From Alphaproteobacteria bacterium (lineage in GTDB: Bacteria; Pseudomonadota; Alphaproteobacteria; CALKHQ01), in contig CBDDFZ010000001.1 in the NCBI GenBank assembly GCA_965227515.1, positions 1,792,001-1,856,000 of the forward strand: a stretch of DNA of 64,000 nucleotides. The letters are read 5' to 3'. Below are positions 49,559 to 58,520 of this stretch, in pieces. The notes under the pieces are model-generated. The model was not told the DNA's origin and made no database searches. It worked only from the letters and a program-made list of their open reading frames with translations. Both the position numbers and the translations under genes were made by a program. Numbering within the stretch: the stretch's first letter is position 1; each line of letters opens with the position of its first letter.

Positions 49559-50503
49559 TTGGCTGGTGAGACATTGAATAGCGAATTGAGGTTTCAGGAT
49601 ATTGTCAGCTCTCCCGAAGTGATGATGGGGGTAAAAGCTGTATGGGGCCGTTCGCAGGAAAGTGTTATGTGCTTTGGGCCCCGTGGCAATCCAAATTTAA
49701 AAGATAAGTCATATTATTCCCAGGCTCGGAGAACTGCGGAAATGGCCATGTCGCGGCCCTTTTTCATCACCATTGGTGGTGGCAAGAACGTCCCTAGGGA
49801 GTTGGATGGGCGTATCTTAGAGCTTGTCAAGAGCACAGGTGTTTATGGTGAAACGTCCGTATTTGTGAAAGACAGAGTAGTTCTTGATTATCTTCGGCAG
49901 TGGCCAGTTGCGGTAGTAATGTCAGAAATTTATCAGTTCTTGGGTGAGCCTCATTTTATTAACGACTTGTACTTTGGTGATCGGACCATTTTGACCAACG
50001 CGTATGATGGCGTCATTCGGGATGAAGAACAGATCGAGACCCTGTGGAACAAGTTGCGTGACTGGCGAATCGCACGACGGTGGGAAGTGCGGGTACCACC
50101 GGGCTTCTACAATCCGGGCGAAGTTCAACTGTGCGGGTCCAGGTATCCACAACTCCAATTTACTTCGGTCGAAGGCAAGAGATTGTGGAAACAGTCATTG
50201 AAAATTGAACGCGATAGTCGTTTGCGTCGTCAAGTGATAGCCCTAAACAGATCGCAAAATTCAGGTCTTATCGTTTGTGAGAGTTGTGGTTTTAGCGATA
50301 AGGTGTCGGGTATGTTTGATGCTCACCATCTTCACCCTCTTGCAATCGGAGAAAGGGAAAGCCGAATTGAGGATCTGGCTGTCTTGTGTCCCACATGTCA
50401 TCGTTGGGCGCATACAAAGGCCAACGATAAATTGGACCCAATTTCAGCCGAAGAAGTATCAAGGCAACGGGCGGCAGAACGCCTTGGCGATACAACAAAA
50501 TAA
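49559..50503 (+). CDS. Low-GC HNH endonuclease (McrA-like C-terminus) with unrecognised N-terminal domain
   Basis: CESCGF...DAHHLHPL...VLCPTCHRWAH; GC clearly lower than flanks; start uncertain. Confidence 0.82.
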   Translation: MAGETLNSELRFQDIVSSPEVMMGVKAVWGRSQESVMCFGPRGNPNLKDKSYYSQARRTAEMAMSRPFFITIGGGKNVPRELDGRILELVKSTGVYGETSVFVKDRVVLDYLRQWPVAVVMSEIYQFLGEPHFINDLYFGDRTILTNAYDGVIRDEEQIETLWNKLRDWRIARRWEVRVPPGFYNPGEVQLCGSRYPQLQFTSVEGKRLWKQSLKIERDSRLRRQVIALNRSQNSGLIVCESCGFSDKVSGMFDAHHLHPLAIGERESRIEDLAVLCPTCHRWAHTKANDKLDPISAEEVSRQRAAERLGDTTK

Positions 50504-50568
50504 GGCTTCGAATTGTCGCGTGGTACAGGGACACTACCTGGTAGTTTCTTTTACTGCACTCGACAAAC

Positions 50569-52353
50569 TCACCCACCCAACGGCCAAACCACCAGGATCA
50601 CCGGGATCGAGACCGCCATCACCAGCGCGCTCAGCGGCAGGCCGAGGCGCCAGTAGTCGCCGAAGCGATAGCCGCCGGGGCCCATCACCAGCACGTTGTT
50701 CTGGTGGCCGATGGGGGTGAGGAACGCGCACGACGCGCCGATGGCGACCGCGATCAGGAACGGGTCGACGCTGACGCCGAGCGAGATCGCGATCTGGGCG
50801 GCAATGGGCGCCATCACCACCGCGGTCGCCGCGTTGTTCATCACGTTGGTCAGCGCCATCGTGACCCCCATGACCAGGGCCAGGATGACGACGTGGGGCA
50901 CGGCATTGCCCGCCATCAGCACAAGGTCGGCGATGACCGCAGTGCCTCCCGTGGTCTCCAGCGCATCGCCGAGCGGGATCATGCTGCCCAGCAGCACGAT
51001 GATCGGCCAGTCGACCGCCTCGTAGGCGCGCAGCGGCGTGATCGCGCCGCTGATCACCATGCCGCCAACCGCCAGCGAGAACGCCACCGCCGGCGAGGTC
51101 AGCCCGCTGGAGGTCAGCGCGATGGCGCCGATGAACAGCACCAGCGGCACCCACACATTGGGGCTGCGGGTCAGGTCCAGGCTGCGGGTCGCCAGCGGCA
51201 GGCAGCCCATTTCCCGCGCGATATCGGGCAGCGCCTCGCGCTCGCCTTGCAGCAACAGCACGTCGCCGGCCGCGAACGGCACGTCGCCCAGACGGCGCTT
51301 GATCGCCTGGCCCTCCCGCGCGATGGCGAGCAGGTTGACCCGGAACCTGCGGCGGAAGTTCAGCCGCGCGGCGGACCGGTTCTCGATCCGCGCGCCCGGC
51401 TGCACCACCAGTTCCATCAGGCCGATCTCGTCGTTGCGCAGGTCGCCGAACTTGAAGTCTTCGCTGCCGACGAACTCGACGTCGGGCTGGCCGACCAGCG
51501 CGCGCAGGTCGGTGGGGTCGGCGCGCACGATCACGATGTCGTCGGCCTGCAGCTCAAGCATGCGCAAGTTGGAGTAGGCGCGCTGCTCGCCCCGGATCAC
51601 CCCGATGACCGCCACCTGGCCCTTGCTGCGGCTCTCCAGCTCGCGCACGGCGGTGCCGATCAGCTCGGAGCGGGCGCCGATTTTCAGCTCGCTGACATAG
51701 TCGCGGATCTCGAACGCATCCTCGGTCGACTGGCGCCCGCGCCGGTGGCGCGGCACCAGCCGCCAGCCGATCAGTGCGATGAAGGCGATGCCGGCCACCG
51801 CGGTGATGGCGCCCACCGGTGTGAAATCGAACATCGAGAACGGTGCGGCGCCAATGTCGGCGCGGTAGTTGGCGATGATGATGTTCGGCGGCGTGCCGAT
51901 CTCGGTCATCAGGCCGCCCAGCAGGGTGCCGAACGACAACGGCATCAGCAGCAGCGACGGCGGCTGCCCGGACGCGCGCGCGTTTCGGACCGCCAATGGC
52001 ATCAACAGCGCCAGCGCGCCCACATTGTTCATGAAGCCGGAGATGAACGCGCCCAGCCCCATCATCAGCGTCATGTGCAGGATCGGCAGGCGGGTGTAGC
52101 GCAGTAGCCGGCGCGCCACCACGTCCAGAAGGCCCGAGTTCTGCAGCGCCCGGCTGATCACCAGCACCATCGCCACCGTGATCACCGCCGGGTGGCCGAA
52201 GCCGGAGAACACCTCCTCCGTCGGCACCACTTCCGTCAGCGCCGCCACGATCAACGCCCCGAACGCGATCACGTCGTAACGCCAGCGGTCCCAGATGAAC
52301 AACGCCAGCGCGCAGCCCAGGATCGCGAAAACGACGATGTGGTCTTCGATCAA
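50569..52353 (-). CDS. SLC13/DASS-like permease with TrkA-C domains
   Basis: SGFGHPAVIT, MNNVGA, IGTPPNII, GDVLLLQG, NNAAT and FLTPIGHQNN motifs. Confidence 0.9.
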   Translation of the reverse strand: MIEDHIVVFAILGCALALFIWDRWRYDVIAFGALIVAALTEVVPTEEVFSGFGHPAVITVAMVLVISRALQNSGLLDVVARRLLRYTRLPILHMTLMMGLGAFISGFMNNVGALALLMPLAVRNARASGQPPSLLLMPLSFGTLLGGLMTEIGTPPNIIIANYRADIGAAPFSMFDFTPVGAITAVAGIAFIALIGWRLVPRHRRGRQSTEDAFEIRDYVSELKIGARSELIGTAVRELESRSKGQVAVIGVIRGEQRAYSNLRMLELQADDIVIVRADPTDLRALVGQPDVEFVGSEDFKFGDLRNDEIGLMELVVQPGARIENRSAARLNFRRRFRVNLLAIAREGQAIKRRLGDVPFAAGDVLLLQGEREALPDIAREMGCLPLATRSLDLTRSPNVWVPLVLFIGAIALTSSGLTSPAVAFSLAVGGMVISGAITPLRAYEAVDWPIIVLLGSMIPLGDALETTGGTAVIADLVLMAGNAVPHVVILALVMGVTMALTNVMNNAATAVVMAPIAAQIAISLGVSVDPFLIAVAIGASCAFLTPIGHQNNVLVMGPGGYRFGDYWRLGLPLSALVMAVSIPVILVVWPLGG

Positions 52354-52533
52354 GGGGTGGTCCCGTTGCAGCCTTCACCAGTCTTCCAGCGGATCGCCCT
52401 GGCGCGGCGGCCGATGGCGGCCGCGCGGTGGCAATCGCCGGCAATGGAGCATGACCGCCTATCAACTTCCAGCCCAATTCACGACCGTGGCCGCGATGAC
52501 GCAGCCCAAACCGCCACGGTCCGCTTGCGCTGG

Positions 52534-52627
52534 TTTTTTCGTTTGTGATAATGATTTGTTCTCAACCGAAAAAGTTTTCGCACTCTCAGCATGCTGCATT
52601 TGCGAAAACGAAGAATTGAACGAACGT
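52534..52627. promoter_or_regulatory. Candidate GlpR-type operator cluster upstream of glpD
   Basis: AT-rich stretch with several TTCG/CGAA half-sites; inverted repeat GTTTTCGCA (52574-52582) / TGCGAAAAC (52601-52609). Confidence 0.5.
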
Positions 52628-52637
52628 ATCGGCAGCG

Positions 52638-54176
52638 ATGGCACGAGCTGACGCAACGTCGCCGGTGGACATCCTTGTGGTCGGCGGCGGCATCAATGGT
52701 GTGGGCATCGCGCGCGATGCGGTCGGCCGTGGCTATTCGGTCGTGCTGTGCGAACGCGACGACTTGGGCTCGGCCACCTCGTCGGCCAGCAGCAAGCTGA
52801 TCCATGGCGGCCTGCGCTATCTGGAGCAGTACGAGTTCCGCCTGGTGCGCGAGGCGCTGATCGAGCGCGAGGTGTTGTTGCGCGCCGCGCCCCACATCAT
52901 CTGGCCGCTGCGTTTCATCCTGCCGCACGACCGCACCATGCGCCCGGCGTGGCTGGTGCGGCTGGGCCTGTTCCTCTACGACCATCTGGGCGGCCGTAAG
53001 CTCTTGCCGCGTTCGCGCGGGCTCGACCTGGCGGCCCACCCGGCGGGCGCCAAGCTGAAACCGGCGTACCGTAAGGCGTTCATCTATTCCGACTGCTGGG
53101 TAGAGGATGCGCGCCTGGTGGTGCTGAATGCGCGCGATGCCGCCGACCGCGGCGCCCGGGTGCTGACGCGGACGGCACTGGCCAGCGCCCGGCGCGAGGA
53201 CGGGCTGTGGCGTGCTGAACTCGTCAGCGAGGATGGCACGACCCATCACGTGACGGCGCGCGCGCTTGTCAATGCCGCCGGGCCCTGGGTCAGCGACGTG
53301 CTGAACCACCGCGCCGGCATGAACGCGGAAAAGCGGGTGCGGCTGGTCAAGGGCAGCCACATCGTGGTGCCGAAGCTGCACGATGCCGACGAAGCCTTCA
53401 TCCTGCAGAACGACGACCGGCGGATCGTGTTCGTCATCCCCTACCAGCGGCACTACTCGCTGATCGGCACCACCGACATGGAGTTCGACGGCGACCCGGC
53501 CACCCTCAAGATCACCGAGGGGGAGACCGCATATCTGTGCGGGGTGGTGAACCGATATTTCGCCAAGCCCATCGGCCCGGACGACATTGTCTGGACCTAC
53601 AGCGGGGTGCGCCCGCTCTACGACGATGCTTCCGCCAATCCGTCGGCCGTCACCCGCGACTATGTGTTCGATATCAATGGCGGGGCCAACGGGGGCAGTG
53701 GCGAGACGGCGCCGGTGCTGTCGGTGTTCGGCGGCAAGATCACCACGTTTCGCAAGCTCGCCGAGCACGCGCTCGACAAGCTGCAGCCCCTGCTCGGCGG
53801 CGGCGGCGCGCCGTGGACCGCATCGGCGGCGTTGCCTGGCGGCGACATTCCGAATGCGGACTTCGAGGGCTTCCTGGCGAAGATGCGCACCCGATACCCA
53901 TGGCTGCCGGAGGCGCTGTGCCGGCGCTACGCCCGCGCCTATGGCACCTGCATGGACACGCTGATCGGCGATGCGGGCGCGCTGGACGAGCTTGGCCCGC
54001 ACCTGGGCGACAACGTCCATGCGGCGGAACTGCGCTATCTGATGGCGTATGAGTTCGCCCGCACTGGCGAGGACGTGCTCTGGCGGCGCTCGAAGCTCGG
54101 CCTGCACGTGACGGCCGACACCGCGGCTGCGGTGGGAGAATGGATGCGGGCGCACGCCACGGAGCGCGCCGCTTAA
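52638..54176 (+). CDS. glpD: Aerobic glycerol-3-phosphate dehydrogenase
   Basis: GGGINGVGIARDA, TSSASSKLIHGGLRYLE, SGVRPL and GGKITT motifs. Confidence 0.96.
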   Translation: MARADATSPVDILVVGGGINGVGIARDAVGRGYSVVLCERDDLGSATSSASSKLIHGGLRYLEQYEFRLVREALIEREVLLRAAPHIIWPLRFILPHDRTMRPAWLVRLGLFLYDHLGGRKLLPRSRGLDLAAHPAGAKLKPAYRKAFIYSDCWVEDARLVVLNARDAADRGARVLTRTALASARREDGLWRAELVSEDGTTHHVTARALVNAAGPWVSDVLNHRAGMNAEKRVRLVKGSHIVVPKLHDADEAFILQNDDRRIVFVIPYQRHYSLIGTTDMEFDGDPATLKITEGETAYLCGVVNRYFAKPIGPDDIVWTYSGVRPLYDDASANPSAVTRDYVFDINGGANGGSGETAPVLSVFGGKITTFRKLAEHALDKLQPLLGGGGAPWTASAALPGGDIPNADFEGFLAKMRTRYPWLPEALCRRYARAYGTCMDTLIGDAGALDELGPHLGDNVHAAELRYLMAYEFARTGEDVLWRRSKLGLHVTADTAAAVGEWMRAHATERAA

Positions 54177-54182
54177 GGACGC

Positions 54183-54611
54183 CTACGCGGCCGTTCGTCG
54201 GCGGACGTGGTAGGTGAGCGCGAGCGCGATGCAGTGGCGCACCGCCGCTTCCGGCAGTGGCGTGGCGGCATCGAAGATCACGGCCCGGTCGCCCTCGATC
54301 TCCAGTTCGTCGCCATAGAGCTCGCGGAACTCGGCCGCCAGCCGGCTCTGGCAGTGCACATGGAGCGCGTAGCGGGTGGACGAGCCCTTCACGGCGTCGA
54401 TGCGGATCGTGGTGCCCGATTTCGGCCGTGCGGTCAGATACGCTGGCTGGCTCCATTTCAGGGCTTCGGTCAGCGTGCCGACACCCGCCGTCTGCGCGGC
54501 GGTCTGGAATATCAGGCGACGCAGCGCCAGCAGCGCGTCGCGCTGGGGCGCGGGGTAGCCAGCGAAGACGGCTGCGACCGCCGCGTCGCCGAACGGCGGG
54601 TCGGCGGTCAT
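54183..54611 (-). CDS. DUF1801 (YdhG-like) protein
   Basis: LRRLIF, EALKWSQPAY, SGTTIR, HCQS and CIALALTYH motifs. Confidence 0.85.
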   Translation of the reverse strand: MTADPPFGDAAVAAVFAGYPAPQRDALLALRRLIFQTAAQTAGVGTLTEALKWSQPAYLTARPKSGTTIRIDAVKGSSTRYALHVHCQSRLAAEFRELYGDELEIEGDRAVIFDAATPLPEAAVRHCIALALTYHVRRRTAA

Positions 54612-55201
54612 TGTCCAGACCCGGCCAGCTTGGCGGCGCGGGTCTTGATCAATTCCAGCATCTCCTTGAACGCCGGGTGATCGCCGCGCTCCAGCCATTC
54701 GGTCAGCACCATCTCCACCGTCACCGGACGCACGCCGGCCGCCGCCAACCGATGCAGCGCGGTGTCGCGGTCGGTGGCGAGGCGCGAGCCGACGGCGTCG
54801 ACGACGACGGCCACATCCAGCCCCTCGGCCCGCAGGCCGAGCGCGGTCTGCATCACACAGACATGGGCCTCGGTGCCGGCGATCACCACATGGCGGTCGC
54901 GCCACGTGTCCAGCACTTGCGCGAATGCTGGCTCCCGGGTGGCGGCGAAGTGGATCTTCTCCACCACTACGGCGTGGTCCGCCGCCGCCTTCACGGCCGC
55001 GACGGTGGGGCCCAGCCCCTTGACGTAGTGCTCGGTCAGCACGGTCGGCACGTCCAGGGCCCGCGCGCCGCGCAACAGCATCACCAGGCCATCGACCAGC
55101 GCGTCCGCGCCCGGGATGGCCGGCGCCAGCCGATCCTGCACGTCGACGATCAGCAGAGCGGAGCGCGCGGCCGCCATCAGGGTCGTGTCGGTGTCGGTCA
55201 T
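54608..55201 (-). CDS. Isochorismatase family hydrolase
   Basis: LLIVDVQDRL, TEHY.KGLGPT and GTEAHVCV motifs. Confidence 0.88.
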   Translation of the reverse strand: MTDTDTTLMAAARSALLIVDVQDRLAPAIPGADALVDGLVMLLRGARALDVPTVLTEHYVKGLGPTVAAVKAAADHAVVVEKIHFAATREPAFAQVLDTWRDRHVVIAGTEAHVCVMQTALGLRAEGLDVAVVVDAVGSRLATDRDTALHRLAAAGVRPVTVEMVLTEWLERGDHPAFKEMLELIKTRAAKLAGSGQ

Positions 55202-55309
55202 CGCTGCGGGGTAGCGGATTGCCAACACCCTGACAAGCATGGGCGACAACCGGGGGCCGACAATAGGGCGGGTCCTTGCCAGCCGCGCGGCGCTGCATGA
55301 ATATGCGCC

Positions 55310-55576
55310 ATGGCGACGATGCGCTTTACATCCCACCTGCGCAAGGTGGCGCCCGGCGGCGACGTCGAGGTGAACGGGCCGACCGTTGCGGCGGCCCTGG
55401 AGCAGGCATTCGCCGCTGCGCCCAAGCTGCGCGGCTACGTGCTGGACGACCAGGGCCGGCTGCGCAAGCACGTGGTGATCTACCTGGACGGCGAACGCCA
55501 GCCGCCGGATTGCCTGTCGGTGCCGGTCGCACCGCAGTCGGATATCTACGTCCTGCAGGCGCTCTCGGGCGGCTGA
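55310..55576 (+). CDS. MoaD/ThiS-family ubiquitin-like protein
   Basis: 88 aa; YVLDDQGRLRKHV; C-terminal QALSGG. Confidence 0.9.
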   Translation: MATMRFTSHLRKVAPGGDVEVNGPTVAAALEQAFAAAPKLRGYVLDDQGRLRKHVVIYLDGERQPPDCLSVPVAPQSDIYVLQALSGG

Positions 55577-55596
55577 CCAACCAAGGGAGCGGGGTG

Positions 55597-56682
55597 ATGT
55601 CCTCCAACCTCTACGTCGCGACCCGCAAGGGACTGTTCACTGTGGCCCGGTCGGACGGGTTCTGGCACGTGGTCGGCGACGCGTTCATGGGGTCGCCGGT
55701 CAGCATGGTGCTGCCCGATCCGCTCGACGGCTGTCTCTATGCCGCGCTCGACCTCGGCCATTTCGGCGCCAAGCTGCACCGCAGCGACGACCAGGGCGGG
55801 ACCTGGACCGAAGTGGCGATGCCGGCCTATGCCCCGGCAGATGAGGGCGAGGAGGACGGCAGCGATGCGCCGGCCGTCAAGCTCGCCTGGGCGCTGGAAA
55901 GTGCCGGAACGGCAGGCGCGCTGTGGTGCGGCACCATTCCGGGCGGCCTGTTCCGCAGCGACGACCGCGGCGAGACCTGGGCGCTGAACGAGCCCTTGTG
56001 GACGATGCCGGCGCGCGAGAAGTGGTTCGGCGGCGGCGCCGACCAGCCGGGCATACACTCGATCTGCGTCGACCCGCGCGACACCTCGCGGGTGTCGGTG
56101 GCCGTTTCCTGCGGTGGCGTGTGGGAGACGACGGACGGCGGCGCGTCCTGGGCGGCGCGCAGCAAAGGCATGTTCGCGGAGTACATGCCGCCGGACCAGG
56201 CTGACGCGGAGGAGGCGCAGGACCCGCACCGCATGGTGCAATGCGCCAGCGCGCCCGACACGTTCTGGGTCCAGCACCACAATGGCGTGTTCCGCTCCAC
56301 CGACAATCTGGGGTCGTGGTCGGAGATCACGGCGATCCTGCCCGACAAGTTCGGCTTCGCGGTGGCCGTCCACCCGTACGATCCCGAGACCGCCTGGTTC
56401 GTGCCGGCGGTGAAGGACGAGTACCGCTATCCCCGCGACGGGCGCTTCGTGGTGGCGTGCACCCACGATGGCGGGCGGTCGTTCGATGTGCACGATGTCG
56501 GTTTGCCGGCCCCGCCGGCCTATGACCTGGTCTACCGGCACGGGCTGGCGGTCGATGCCACCGGCGATGTGCTTGCCATGGGATCGACAACCGGCGGCCT
56601 TTGGGTGTCGGAGGACGGCGGCACGTCGTGGACCTGCGTCAGCGCGCACATGCCGCCGATCTACGCGGTGCGGTGGGGGTAG
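55597..56682 (+). CDS. BNR/Asp-box beta-propeller (YCF48/sialidase-like), cytoplasmic
   Basis: Six SxDxGxTW-type Asp boxes; no signal peptide; RBS AGGGAG. Confidence 0.88.
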   Translation: MSSNLYVATRKGLFTVARSDGFWHVVGDAFMGSPVSMVLPDPLDGCLYAALDLGHFGAKLHRSDDQGGTWTEVAMPAYAPADEGEEDGSDAPAVKLAWALESAGTAGALWCGTIPGGLFRSDDRGETWALNEPLWTMPAREKWFGGGADQPGIHSICVDPRDTSRVSVAVSCGGVWETTDGGASWAARSKGMFAEYMPPDQADAEEAQDPHRMVQCASAPDTFWVQHHNGVFRSTDNLGSWSEITAILPDKFGFAVAVHPYDPETAWFVPAVKDEYRYPRDGRFVVACTHDGGRSFDVHDVGLPAPPAYDLVYRHGLAVDATGDVLAMGSTTGGLWVSEDGGTSWTCVSAHMPPIYAVRWG

Positions 56683-56701
56683 GAGGTCTCGCCTCTCCAA
56701 T

Positions 56702-56793
56702 TGTCATGGCCGGGCTTGTCCCGGCCATCCACGTCTTATTGGCCGCTTGAGCGGCCATTCTCGTGGATGCGCGGATCAAGTCCGCGCATGACA
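56702..56793. repeat. TGTC-tagged REP-like doublet between convergent genes
   Basis: TGTCATGGCCGGGCTTGTCCCGGCCATCCACG...CGTGGATGCGCGGATCAAGTCCGCGCATGACA. Confidence 0.9.
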
Positions 56794-56809
56794 GATGAGC
56801 ATGTCCGAC

Positions 56810-57748
56810 CTAAGCAGCGACCGCGTCGCCGTTGGAGTCCCCTGGGTGGGCCTCGGCCGCCTCCAACGCCAGCATCGCGCGCTTGCGGTCCAGCGACCAG
56901 CGATAGCCGCCCAGCGCACCGGTGGTGCGCAGCACACGATGACACGGGATCAGCCACGACACCGGGTTGCGGGCCACCGCGCTGGCGACCGCGCGCACCG
57001 CGTCGGGCCGGTCCACCGCCGCCGCCAGATCGCTGTAGGTGATGACGGTGCCGGAGGGGATGCGCAGCAGCGCCTCCCACACCTTGAGCTGGAACGGCGT
57101 GCCGCGCAGCATCAGCTTCAAATCGCCATTGGCGCGCCCGAAGATCCGCTCGGCAGCCGGCGCGGTGACGCTGGCGTCCTCGCGCAGCGTTGCCTCCGGC
57201 CAATGTGTTGCCAGGTCCTCCAGCGTTTCCGCCGCGTCGTTGTTGCGCTCGAACCCCAGCCCGCACACCCCGCCACCGGTCGACACGATGATGCAGCGGC
57301 CGAACGGGCTGTCGTGCCAGCCATAGCTGAGCGTCAGGCCGGCGCCGCTGTCCTTCCACTGGCCGGGCGTCATGCCCTCGTGGGTCACGAACAGGTCGTG
57401 CAGGCGGCTGGGGCCGGACAGCCCGGCATCGAAGGCCGCATCGAGCACGCTCTGCCGCGCGCGCAGCGCAGTCTTGGCGTGGTCCAGCGTCAGGTACTGG
57501 ATGAACTTCTTCGGGCTGACTCCGATGGAGTCGGTGAAGCGGCGCTGGAAGTGGAACGGGCTCATGCCGACCGAGGCGGCGGCATCGTCCAGGCTCGGCT
57601 GGTCGACATAGTGCTCGGCCAGCCAGGCAATGGCGTCGGCCATTCTCGGGTCGCCGAATTGGGGATCGCCAAACTGGGGATCACCCAGGCCAGCCTCGGC
57701 TCCATTGTCAATTGTGCCACCTGTGGTGGCGTCGCGTTCGATCATCAC
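56810..57748 (-). CDS. AraC-HTH / methylated-DNA-protein-cysteine methyltransferase (Ada-like)
   Basis: SPFHFQRRF HTH, GTPFQLKVW and IPCHRV active site; no Ada Zn-finger N-domain. Confidence 0.9.
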   Translation of the reverse strand: MMIERDATTGGTIDNGAEAGLGDPQFGDPQFGDPRMADAIAWLAEHYVDQPSLDDAAASVGMSPFHFQRRFTDSIGVSPKKFIQYLTLDHAKTALRARQSVLDAAFDAGLSGPSRLHDLFVTHEGMTPGQWKDSGAGLTLSYGWHDSPFGRCIIVSTGGGVCGLGFERNNDAAETLEDLATHWPEATLREDASVTAPAAERIFGRANGDLKLMLRGTPFQLKVWEALLRIPSGTVITYSDLAAAVDRPDAVRAVASAVARNPVSWLIPCHRVLRTTGALGGYRWSLDRKRAMLALEAAEAHPGDSNGDAVAA

Positions 57749-57949
57749 GGCGTCTCCGGCTACGGATTGTCATCCTAGCGCGAGATGCCCCGATCGCCAG
57801 TTCCTTTGGCTGATTGTATCCGCTGCCCGGCGTCCGCATGGGGCGCCGATCGGTAAGGCACCGGCCCGCATCCCTCCGCCCGCCGGTGTGCTGCCGGGAA
57901 CGGAGGTTTGGAGATATGGCGGGCCGGCGCCAACGGTTCAAACGGTCAC

Positions 57950-58198
57950 TCAGTCCTTCCAGAACGGGCGCGAGGTCTCGCGGTACACGTCCAGCCGGTT
58001 GAGGCCGATGTCCTTCAGCATGCGGTCGTCCATCTGACCCAGAGACGTGCGCTGGCGCGCGCGCTCCTGCCAGGCCATCAGGACGATGAGTGCCTTCGAC
58101 ATCATGCGCCAGGGAAGCTCGACCGCCACGCGCACGATCTTCGCGACGGAATTGGAGTTCTGGTTGGTGAACGTGCCGTTGCGTTGTGCGTGTTGCAT
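57950..58198 (-). CDS. DUF1127 (YjiS-like) small protein
   Basis: WQERARQRTSL..MDDRMLKDIGLNR...RPFWK; RBS AGGAG. Confidence 0.9.
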   Translation of the reverse strand: MQHAQRNGTFTNQNSNSVAKIVRVAVELPWRMMSKALIVLMAWQERARQRTSLGQMDDRMLKDIGLNRLDVYRETSRPFWKD

Positions 58199-58357
58199 TG
58201 TCAGTCTCCTTTGACCGGCTCATGTCTGGGCACGCTATTGCCGGTCGACGACAGCTTCCACCCGGTTCTTGCTGTCGCTGCGCGATGAAAAAAGCCGCTC
58301 CACTGGGCCACCGCGTGCACTGGCCATAGTGGGCGAATTGACGGCCGCGGCGTAGCG

Positions 58358-58520
58358 AAGTCGATACGATCACGGTCGAACAATCGTGCCGTGGGCGAAC
58401 CCGGGATCAATCGGGGATCGATACAATCGATACAATTGATCAATCGGCGTAGATTGTGTGCATTGATTTATGGGGTTGCATGACAATGATGTCAAAGCTA
58501 ATATTGTCACCATGACAAAT
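58358..58520. promoter_or_regulatory. Candidate MocR-type operator repeats between divergent genes
   Basis: Repeated GATACAAT / CAAT / ATTG motifs and ATTGTCACCATGACAA inverted repeat over the regulator start. Confidence 0.55.
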
